16,652 bases of DNA from Oligoflexales bacterium (lineage in GTDB: Bacteria > Bdellovibrionota_B > Oligoflexia > Oligoflexales > Bog-1112). Of the stretch, positions 8,817 through 16,512 are shown piece after piece. Where the stretch lies: contig JBGCDR010000402.1 in the NCBI GenBank assembly GCA_045105515.1, positions 1 through 16,652 on the forward strand, given 5' to 3'. Each line of letters opens with the position of its first letter. The first letter of the stretch is position 1. A model generated the notes under the pieces. That model did no database searches. It was given only the letters and a program-made list of their open reading frames with translations, and was not told the origin of the DNA. The position numbers and the translations under genes were made by a program.

Positions 8817-9584
8817 ATGATTGCATCGAACGGTTACACTTTAAGGACAGCAGGCATTTTGTATGTTTTCTTGTATTTTTTGGGGTCATGTGGCAACGCT
8901 GAGTATGATGAAAATAGCAAGTATTCAGGTAGCATGAGAACTACTACCCTTACAAGTGCAGTTGATAGTGATGTAGAGGATGAAGAATCTATCAACACTG
9001 CAGAAATTCTAAACTCTGATTATGATTCTCTGGCTTTAGTCGAATCAAGCGACATACGCGATGAAATAATTGTTAATGCAATCAATGAGCTGGGTAATGA
9101 TGACGATCAATGTGAAGAGCCAGGATGTTACTTTGCAGGTGGTGATACCAAGGTTAATTGGTGTTCTGAGTTTGTATCATGGGTATATCACGTGTCAGGT
9201 AATTCATTTACCAGTGGTTATTTTTCAAGAAAAGTTAGGGAATTGACTGGAGAAAGAGGTAGATGGATGCAGCGTTCAACCACTCGGATCATTAATTGGT
9301 TCCATAAGAACGCTGTATACATTGATCGTAGTCATCCAGATTGGGATATAATCTCTCCTAAGCCTGGTGACTATATTTTAATAGGGAGAGCAGGAAGCGA
9401 AACTCGTCGCCATAGCGCTATTGTTGAATACATTGATGAGGACGGAACCCTTCATGCCTTAGAAGGCAACAACTCTCGTAGAGATGTTGCTCGTTTTCAA
9501 TATCCTGCATACAAAACCAACACAACAGATAATGGATCTGCCAATGGAATTGTGCTGGGATTTGGTTTACTTAATATCGATTGA
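8817..9584 (+). CDS. CHAP-domain lipoprotein (putative peptidoglycan amidase/peptidase)
   Basis: Strong SD TAAGGAGG and lipobox FLGS-C. CHAP motifs NWCSEFVSWVY (Cys), PKPGDYILI, HSAIVE (His) and ALEGN. Confidence 0.88.
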   Translation: MIASNGYTLRTAGILYVFLYFLGSCGNAEYDENSKYSGSMRTTTLTSAVDSDVEDEESINTAEILNSDYDSLALVESSDIRDEIIVNAINELGNDDDQCEEPGCYFAGGDTKVNWCSEFVSWVYHVSGNSFTSGYFSRKVRELTGERGRWMQRSTTRIINWFHKNAVYIDRSHPDWDIISPKPGDYILIGRAGSETRRHSAIVEYIDEDGTLHALEGNNSRRDVARFQYPAYKTNTTDNGSANGIVLGFGLLNID

Positions 9585-9625
9585 GCCATAATTTCTGTGG
9601 ATGGATTTGAGTTCCGATTTCACTT

Positions 9626-10546
9626 TTACCAAAGCTTAAAGAACCTTATTGTTGAGAGGTTTTCCACTTTATTTCTTAGCACTTTAGAATAGGGAGTCAA
9701 CAAACTTGCTGTTGCTCCTGTTTTTGAAGGTAGTTCACCTATCATATCTATAATTTCTGACTTGCTCAGATTCAGGATTTTGTGCTGGAATAAATAGGTT
9801 TCATCTAAGATTTCTTCTAAGTGCACGTATAAGTAGATAAATACCAATCTTTCTGAAATTCTATAAGCTATTCTTGCAGTTCTTTTGATATCTTGTGGAT
9901 CACTAAGAATGGTAAAAGGGGCATTTTCTGCTGTAGCCTCCCAAACTATTTTGAAATAAGCATGCCAAACAAGCACTGAATATAGCAGTCTGCTTTGTTT
10001 TTGTAGGTCAGGGTCATCTCCATGGTAATTATAAATTTTTTCCCAGACAGTTTCGTTTGCGATGTATAAGGCCGTTTTAGGTCTGTAGGAGCGTACAGCA
10101 TCTGTAATGTGCTTAAAAAAAACATGATTGGGAGCGTTGCGAGGTGCGTTAAGCGCTATCACATAGGCAACGTTGCTAAGATCATCAAAAATCTGTGAGT
10201 AGGAGATTAGGCACCTTTTAGCATCTTTGAGCTTGATGATATTTTTTTTATCGAACCATTTTGAGAAGCGATCATTTATAAGCTCCATGACCCTCTTAAA
10301 ATTCGGTTCGATGTTTTCAATTGCTGCTTCTATAGCCATTTTTTGTGTGTATTCCTCTGCCATTTTACTGTTTGTGAGCCAATCAGGCTCATAGCGGTAT
10401 GCATGATTTTCTGCTGTAGCTTCATCCCCATCAGAGGTATCGATCCAATCAGAAGGGACCGAGGAACATATTTTTTCACTAGCTAAAACTTCTAAATGTA
10501 GAAAATTTAGTAGTAGAATAATTAAGATATAATTGTGTTTTTTCAT
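9626..10546 (-). CDS. Hypothetical secreted, probably helical protein
   Basis: SD AAGGGA and signal peptide MKKHNYILIILLLNFLHLEVLA. Starts 41 nt downstream of the amine oxidase, so probably co-transcribed. Confidence 0.75.
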   Translation of the reverse strand: MKKHNYILIILLLNFLHLEVLASEKICSSVPSDWIDTSDGDEATAENHAYRYEPDWLTNSKMAEEYTQKMAIEAAIENIEPNFKRVMELINDRFSKWFDKKNIIKLKDAKRCLISYSQIFDDLSNVAYVIALNAPRNAPNHVFFKHITDAVRSYRPKTALYIANETVWEKIYNYHGDDPDLQKQSRLLYSVLVWHAYFKIVWEATAENAPFTILSDPQDIKRTARIAYRISERLVFIYLYVHLEEILDETYLFQHKILNLSKSEIIDMIGELPSKTGATASLLTPYSKVLRNKVENLSTIRFFKLW

Positions 10547-10587
10547 AGATCACTTCCCTTAGCTGGATAACAATAATTAGATGGGCA

Positions 10588-11973
10588 CTAAGGTCTCCTA
10601 TTATTAATAGCTGCGAGGACCTCATCTGCAGCGCGCAATCCCGAAATCATTGCTCCATGGGTCTGACCGTAGTATTCAGAGCTGGTTGCCTCCCCTGCAA
10701 AGAATACTCTGTCATTCAATGGACTTGCAAGCTCCTCCATGTCTGAGGGTGAAGCTCCAACTGGAACGTATGCATATGAACCTAATGCATATGGATCTTG
10801 ACTCCATCTGGTTACTAGGTAATTTGCAGGTTCAGGAACTTCTTTGCCAAGGGCATGGGCGAGCCGATCAATAGCGGAATTTTTGATGGATTCATCATCA
10901 TACCTTGAAATTAGCTTGACTGATTCATTACCACCATGAAAGACCACAAGGGTTGGCTTTAGGCTTATAGCAGAAATATCCATGTAAAGTGGTAGCCGAC
11001 CCATAGGCTCGTCAATGTATATAACGCCTGTTGAAGGCCAAAAAATAGTGTCAAATTGCAGAACTACTTTTTCTAGGGTGCCCATTGCTGGCTTGTCAAT
11101 AGATTGCTGTTTTTTGCTTGGTAATGTTGGTTCAAATTCAATATTTCCGCTTTTTAGAACACCCAGTGGTACTGTGACGATGACCTGAGAAGCTCGGTAA
11201 TTCGAATCTCCAGCTTCAACGATCACCTCTTGAGCATCATATAGGATTTTATTTACCGGCATGTTGTAGTCGATCTTGAGTCCTGCAGACATAGCTCTAA
11301 CGATCTGCTCATATCCATTTGGAAAACCATAGTCATCACCCTTAAACCCTTCGTCTTCATCAAACCATTTTAAGGAAGTTTGGTTTGCTGGCCCAGCATA
11401 GAAAATTTCGACATTAAACTGCTCTATAGCCCAGCGTGCATGACGAGCTTGATCACCTGTAAGGTTTTTGTTTGAAATATAGGCATCAGCAGCTTCTGTC
11501 ATGGATGCTTCAGAATCTAATTCCTTTTTTAGTTTTTTTAGCTCGTCAAAAAAATTTTCAGAATAATGATCAATTTCTTCACCTAAAAAATTTTTTTCTG
11601 ATACAGAGTCAAAGGCAAAATCAGTGGTAATATCAGGCAATGGTACCTTCTTAATATGGTAGCGTTTTGCAGCTTCTGCAACGGGATTGTCAATATCACC
11701 ATTGAGCCAGGTTGCTCCTAAATCAGTGGTATCATCACCTAGTGAGCTAGTATGGATGCGTCCACCTAAGCGTCCACGAGCTTCAAGAACAATCACATTT
11801 CTTCCTTGATCTTGAAGCTGTTTTGCTGCACTAATTCCAGCAATTCCTGCACCGATAACAATGATCCTATCGTTTTCAGATGCAGTTCCTAAAGTAGAGT
11901 GATTGATCAAGCTAAAAGCAAAAAATGCTAAGCATTGTAAGAATTTTCCTAGATCACAGCGAGTTGTGTTCAT
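10588..11973 (-). CDS. Flavin-containing amine oxidase (polyamine oxidase/LSD1-like), exported
   Basis: Motifs VIGAGIAG, LEARGRLGGRIHT, DLGATW, VTVPLGVLK, LEKVVLQF, WSQDPYALGSYAY, FFAGEAT and HGAMISGLRAADEV. Hydrophobic N-terminal segment and SD GAGGA. Confidence 0.92.
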   Translation of the reverse strand: MNTTRCDLGKFLQCLAFFAFSLINHSTLGTASENDRIIVIGAGIAGISAAKQLQDQGRNVIVLEARGRLGGRIHTSSLGDDTTDLGATWLNGDIDNPVAEAAKRYHIKKVPLPDITTDFAFDSVSEKNFLGEEIDHYSENFFDELKKLKKELDSEASMTEAADAYISNKNLTGDQARHARWAIEQFNVEIFYAGPANQTSLKWFDEDEGFKGDDYGFPNGYEQIVRAMSAGLKIDYNMPVNKILYDAQEVIVEAGDSNYRASQVIVTVPLGVLKSGNIEFEPTLPSKKQQSIDKPAMGTLEKVVLQFDTIFWPSTGVIYIDEPMGRLPLYMDISAISLKPTLVVFHGGNESVKLISRYDDESIKNSAIDRLAHALGKEVPEPANYLVTRWSQDPYALGSYAYVPVGASPSDMEELASPLNDRVFFAGEATSSEYYGQTHGAMISGLRAADEVLAAINNRRP

Positions 11974-11995
11974 AATTTCCTCTAATATTTAATGT

Positions 11996-12023
11996 AAAAA
12001 AGGCTCGCAAATTAGCTGAGCCT
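11996..12023 (-). terminator. Candidate intrinsic terminator between the vWA gene and the amine oxidase
   Basis: Minus strand reads AGGCTC-agctaatttgc-GAGCCT followed by TTTTT. Confidence 0.5.
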
Positions 12024-12082
12024 GTCGCTATGAAATAGTTTTTAATCTAGGATGATAGTTTTGGAAAGCAAATGATGAGGAG

Positions 12083-12110
12083 GGATTATGCCGCTTAGTG
12101 GGCATAATCC
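12083..12110 (-). terminator. Stem-loop immediately after the vWA gene stop (terminator or mRNA stabiliser)
   Basis: Perfect 10-bp inverted repeat GGATTATGCC-gcttagtg-GGCATAATCC, 10 nt after the stop, with no clear U-tract. Confidence 0.55.
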
Positions 12111-12120
12111 AAATAGCTTC

Positions 12121-14010
12121 TTAATTTTTGCAAAGTTCTCCAAACAAATCATACGAATCAATGAGAACATCTTCCCAACCAAATATAGTGGTGTTGCCGT
12201 ACTTGGTTAAGCATTCTACTTCAGAAATATCATACTCACCGTGAGTGATAATATGAACCGGGATGCCTCTGTCTTCAAGCATATCTGTCAATGGGCAAGG
12301 GATTTGGGAGTTTGGCGCAACTCTACCATCTGACAATAAAATGATCTGTGCTTGGTTTGTTTGATTTTCGACTTCATTAATAAAATCATAGGTGTCTATA
12401 GCTGCAACAATAACATCTGTGGTGTGTGTATTACCTGCGAGGTAGGATAATTCGTCAGTGACATCGTATATTGTTGCTCTATCTTGTTCATCTAAAGGAG
12501 TATAGATTTTATCAACTTCATCATTGTAGCGAAAGATGCCAAATCTAATTCCTGGGTTATCTGGATACAGGTCTGTGATGATTTTGGTTGCAGTACCTTT
12601 AAGAATGTCCCAACCTTCGGCTCCAATGGTTTTAGATGTATCGAGTAAAATATATATATCTCTATTCCCACAGGTGAATGATGGGCTTTCGCTTGGTGAC
12701 GAGCTTGGCTTCTGACTGAAACTAGGACTATCAGAAGGAGCTTCTGTAGTCTTATCACAGTCAGTTGGTGATGATGTAGGCTCACCGGTTATTTCAGTAG
12801 GTATAGGAGTAGGTGCATCAGTTATTTCAGTAGGTACGTTAGTCGGCGCTGGAGTGGGTACAGGAGTAGGTTCATCGGTTATTTCAGTAGGTACGTTAGT
12901 AGGTGCAGGAATAGGTGCATCGGTTAGTTCAGTAGGAGAAAGAGTAGGCTCATCGGTTAGTTCAATAGGTGCCGGGCTGGGATGCATGGGGGTATCACAG
13001 TCTGTAGGTGCGGAACTAGGACTCTTAGTCATATATGAAGGCATGTTACTTGGGCTATCAGTCTTTTTTTCTGTCGGAGCAGGACTAGGTCTATCAGTGA
13101 GATAGCTTGGCTTTGCACTAGGGTTGTTGGTGTCTTTTTCTGTTGGAGCTGGACTAGGTCTATCAGTGAGATAGCTTGGCTTTGCACTAGGGTTGTTGGT
13201 GTCTTTTTTTGTCGGAGCAGGACTAGGACTTTCTGTAAGTGCAGTGGGTTGAAAACTAGGATTTTCACTTGTAGTTTTACTTGGTTTTTTTGTTGGTGTA
13301 GGGTTTGGGTTTTGGGTACTGTCTATTGGCTTTGCACTAGGAATATCAGTGAAGTCTGAAGGAGTAGCGCTAGGACTATCTGCTATATAGGTTGGCATTG
13401 CACTTGGACTGTAGCTAGCAGAGCCTGAGCAATCTGTCCAAGAATCGCTACTTGAACTGCTTTTACTGCTTTTGCTGCCTTTACTGCCTTTACCGCCTTT
13501 ACCGCCTTTACCGCTTTTACCACCCTTGCCTTTGCTTGAGCATTCAATATTCCCTTTTCCTTTTCCTTTCCCTTTCCCCTTACTTTTGCTGCCTTTGCTA
13601 CCTTTCCCACCTTTACCACTTTTGCTCCCCTTCGAGCCCTCACTTTGTGTCCGGAGGTGAGACGAGGTGGGGTAGCTGGAATCATAATCGGAACGTTCAT
13701 CCAAATCATAGTAGGAGTCTGGTTCATGAGCTAATAAAGAGCTTTTAGTATTGCTTGATGGAAGGTTTGTTGTTTCAGTACTGTTATCATTGGTAGCGGC
13801 ATAAATTCCATATGCTCCGCCAGCTACTCCTAATGCTGCTAAGCCTGCTCCTGCGATAACTAGTGGCCTCTTGTACCATCTTTGCTGTCTGTGCTCAACT
13901 GGCTCATAGTCGATAGAATTAGTATCAAAGTCAGAAGCAAAGCTAGGCGAAGCAGAGAGCTTGAGAGCACAAAGTGCTAGGGACATAACGAGGTAATTTC
14001 TTAATGACAT
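12121..14010 (-). CDS. Exported/membrane-anchored protein: signal peptide, TM helix, silaffin-like K/G/S tract, Pro/Ser/Thr stalk, C-terminal vWA domain
   Basis: SD GGAG. Signal peptide aa 1-25, hydrophobic helix aa 50-72, KxxK tract aa 125-188, PSxxPS/PTxxPT repeats aa ~201-445. vWA starts at aa 451 (DIYILLDTSKTIG, FGIFRYN, GNTHT, IILLSDG). Confidence 0.88.
   Translation of the reverse strand: MSLRNYLVMSLALCALKLSASPSFASDFDTNSIDYEPVEHRQQRWYKRPLVIAGAGLAALGVAGGAYGIYAATNDNSTETTNLPSSNTKSSLLAHEPDSYYDLDERSDYDSSYPTSSHLRTQSEGSKGSKSGKGGKGSKGSKSKGKGKGKGKGNIECSSKGKGGKSGKGGKGGKGSKGSKSSKSSSSSDSWTDCSGSASYSPSAMPTYIADSPSATPSDFTDIPSAKPIDSTQNPNPTPTKKPSKTTSENPSFQPTALTESPSPAPTKKDTNNPSAKPSYLTDRPSPAPTEKDTNNPSAKPSYLTDRPSPAPTEKKTDSPSNMPSYMTKSPSSAPTDCDTPMHPSPAPIELTDEPTLSPTELTDAPIPAPTNVPTEITDEPTPVPTPAPTNVPTEITDAPTPIPTEITGEPTSSPTDCDKTTEAPSDSPSFSQKPSSSPSESPSFTCGNRDIYILLDTSKTIGAEGWDILKGTATKIITDLYPDNPGIRFGIFRYNDEVDKIYTPLDEQDRATIYDVTDELSYLAGNTHTTDVIVAAIDTYDFINEVENQTNQAQIILLSDGRVAPNSQIPCPLTDMLEDRGIPVHIITHGEYDISEVECLTKYGNTTIFGWEDVLIDSYDLFGELCKN
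12780..12970 (-). repeat. Degenerate coding repeats (PTEITD/PTELTD-xPT units)
   Basis: GTTATTTCAGTAGGTA occurs at 12788, 12821 and 12878, with GTTAGTTCA variants near 12923 and 12957. Confidence 0.8.
13066..13227 (-). repeat. 69-bp tandem repeat (~2.3 copies) encoding PSPAPT(K/E)KDTNNPSAKPSYLTDR
   Basis: 13082-13139 is identical to 13151-13208 (58 nt, period 69). Confidence 0.92.
13447..13638 (-). repeat. Low-complexity Lys/Gly/Ser coding repeat (9-nt KGG/KGS and 6-nt KG periodicity)
   Basis: Encodes GSKGSKSGKGGKGSKGSKSKGKGKGKGKG...KGKGGKSGKGGKGGKGSKGSKSSKSSSSS; the + strand shows repeated CCTTTACCG units. Confidence 0.9.
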
Positions 14011-14483
14011 ATTTATCTCCAGTTATTTATCAAGGGTGAGATTCTTAGCTTTCTAATTGATCTCAGTCAAGTCCAATGTTGAAAAGGTCCAGCACACGAA
14101 AATTAAGTCATGATTTTTTATGATGTTCAAAATTGGATGTTTCTTGTTATACCGAGCTTTTTGGGGGTTCTGCTTAAGGAAAGAACAGGTGGTGCGCGTA
14201 AAAATTGAATTTGCTTGGCATAGTGAAAATAAAAAAAACTTTATCCAAATTAATATAAAAGGCGCTATAAAGAAAAAATTTTTAACTTAAATCTCAGAAC
14301 TGAAATTTTGTATTTTCCACCATCCCTAACACTCTGATTGGATAATTATTGACTATTAATTACCACAAGAATTACCTGGTATAACTACCTGATATATCGT
14401 TATTTTCTTACTGAAGATAAAGAACAAGAGTTAAAACCTCGATACACGAAACAAGAATTCTGGCTTAACTATGGCAGGAATCC

Positions 14484-14993
14484 ATGGAAAATATCATTGC
14501 ATACTACTTACTAATTTTAACTTTCTGTTTCTATTCTTGTTCATACGAACAAAATAGCACGGATGTAAGTTCGAGTGGAGAGAGTGATGCAACTATTGAG
14601 AAATATCAGAAAAACGAAGAAGAAGAAGAAGAAGAGGATATACCAGCAGCTATTCCGATAGTTATTTCAGGTGCTCATTTAACTTGCACACCTGTTACTA
14701 AAGACTTAGAGATGTACACTTTAGATGTAGCTTGTCAATTCGAAAGAAATGGAAAAGTAATTGAAAATTATAATCTAAATTCTGTGTATATTACAGCAGA
14801 AAATCAAGATGGCAAAGACCTTGTGACCGGTATTTCTGAAGTCAATAAAGATGGTAGATTCTTGCTTACGGTTTCTATTCCAGAAGATAGTGATTTGAGA
14901 ATTGAAGTTGAGCAGCTTAACAGCAATAACAGTGCACAAATAGAAAAGGTAAGAACTATTATCAACGCTAACGATATTCGGAGTATGAATTAG
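14484..14993 (+). CDS. Hypothetical lipoprotein
   Basis: SD AGGA, lipobox-like CFYS-C, poly-Glu linker from (GAA)6 at 14616-14633, motif PIVISGAHLTC, then a beta-rich domain. Confidence 0.75.
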   Translation: MENIIAYYLLILTFCFYSCSYEQNSTDVSSSGESDATIEKYQKNEEEEEEEDIPAAIPIVISGAHLTCTPVTKDLEMYTLDVACQFERNGKVIENYNLNSVYITAENQDGKDLVTGISEVNKDGRFLLTVSIPEDSDLRIEVEQLNSNNSAQIEKVRTIINANDIRSMN

Positions 14994-15096
14994 TTTGATC
15001 TTTTTTATTTAATATTTACTTCATTTATCTTCCTTGTTATTCTTCTACTCACAATAATTTACAATAAATATTTAGCTCTGAATTGAAGGTGTTAAG

Positions 15097-15843
15097 ATGA
15101 AATTAAATTCAAAGCAAGAAGAAATGTGTTCCAAAAGTAAATGGGATTTTTCCAAATTAAAAGCGATATTTTTGAATACAACGCTAAAGAAATCTCCTGA
15201 AAAGTCCCATACGGAAGGTCTTTGGCAAATAAGCAAAGCAATTTTGGAGAAAAATTGTATTTCTATTGATGAAATCCGTCTAGTAGACCACAACATAGCT
15301 TTCGGTGTTTGGGGAGATATGACTGAGCACGGTTGGGAGATTGATGATTGGCCTTTGATTTATGAGAGAGTTAAAGCTGCTGACATTGTGATAATTGGTA
15401 CTGCTATTTGGTTAGGAGAAAAAACATCAGTTTGTACGCAATTAATTGAACGTCTTTATGCAAACTCTCATCTTTTAAATACAGAGGGTCAGTATGCTGA
15501 CTATGGCAAAGTCGGTGCTTGTTTAATAACAGGAAATGAAGATGGTGCAAAGCATTGTGCAATGAATATCCTTTATTCACTACAACACCTAGGCTATGTA
15601 ATTCCTCCCCAAGCTGATGCAGCGTGGCTGGGTGAAGCCGGACCGGGCCCATCCTACCTCGATGAAGGTTCTGGTGGACCTGAAAATGATTTCACCAATA
15701 GGAATACCACATTCATGACTTGGAATTTAATGCATATGGCATACCTGCTTAAGGAGGCCGGGGGCATCCCTGCTCATGGAAACCAGAGATCTAAGTGGGA
15801 TGCAGGATGTAGATTTGATTATTCTAACCCGGCTTACAGATAG
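15097..15843 (+). CDS. Flavodoxin-family protein / NADPH-dependent FMN reductase
   Basis: Motifs FLNTTLKKSPEKSHTEGL, ADIVIIGTAIWLGE, YGKVGACLITGNEDGAKH, LQHLGYVIPPQAD, GEAGPGPSY and FTNRNTTFMTWNL, typical of this conserved family. Confidence 0.9.
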   Translation: MKLNSKQEEMCSKSKWDFSKLKAIFLNTTLKKSPEKSHTEGLWQISKAILEKNCISIDEIRLVDHNIAFGVWGDMTEHGWEIDDWPLIYERVKAADIVIIGTAIWLGEKTSVCTQLIERLYANSHLLNTEGQYADYGKVGACLITGNEDGAKHCAMNILYSLQHLGYVIPPQADAAWLGEAGPGPSYLDEGSGGPENDFTNRNTTFMTWNLMHMAYLLKEAGGIPAHGNQRSKWDAGCRFDYSNPAYR

Positions 15844-15870
15844 TCTTAGATAATATGTCTTGGTCTAGTA

Positions 15871-16512
15871 CTAGATGCTTTTAAAAATGCTGTCTAGAAC
15901 CTTATCGAACATTATTCTCGCGCTCCTAGTTAAAACACTTGGACCGCTGTGTTCAGTATGAATAGAACTATCGTAACTTCGATGAGTTATTCTTCCATTT
16001 TCATCAAATCTAATGGAGCCAGCGAACCATCTTCCTTGGAAATCGCTCCTTTGAAAATCGCTATACTTCCCTATCATGGTTTGAATAATTTGCCGGTGTC
16101 CGCCATGTTTATTTGCCATTGGATAATAAACACTGCTTGTTTCCTGTTCCTCTGCAGGCCAAATTCCAACCAAATAACTTTTGTTTGATCGTTGATTGAT
16201 GACGACGAGGTATTCTTGATTGGCAGCATGGGGGAATTTACTTCCAAATAGACCTTCATCTTTAAGTCTATACAACAAATCGAAGCAGACTGACCTATCC
16301 GATTCATTCCACACAGGTATCTTGTCTTGCAGATAATCCGCTCTAAATGAGCCTTCTTTATCCCATGATAAGCCTTCAATATCATCATAGGTGCCTATAG
16401 CATCTAGGTACAAAAAATCACTAGAAGCCCCGTATTTATTTGAGCTTAAAACTCCTTGACCTTCAATATTAAAATCGGGAATACTCCCATTTCCATAGGG
16501 CATTTCATCATC
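15871..16512 (-). pseudogene. 3' portion of a hypothetical gene whose 5' end is cut by an IS21-family insertion
   Basis: The frame is open from the IS boundary (~16513) to the stop at 15871. The called GTG start at 16539 lies inside the IS terminal repeat, and no signal peptide or SD is evident. Confidence 0.6.

Noticed and set aside
534..10874. Short antisense or alternate-frame ORFs (534, 1761, 2095, 3461, 5945, 7585, 7661, 7870, 10650)
   Set aside because: All are nested in longer, well-supported genes and show no recognisable motifs.
12492..13748. Small overlapping ORFs, including Pro/Leu-rich, Cys-rich and VKAVKA peptides
   Set aside because: They are alternate-frame or antisense shadows of the repeats in the 629-aa gene.
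14616..14636. (GAA)6 tract as a phase-variation switch
   Set aside because: Triplet slippage keeps the frame and would only change the length of the poly-Glu linker.
15072..16388. Short ORFs at 15072, 15404, 15949 and 16074
   Set aside because: They overlap longer ORFs and have no independent coding evidence.
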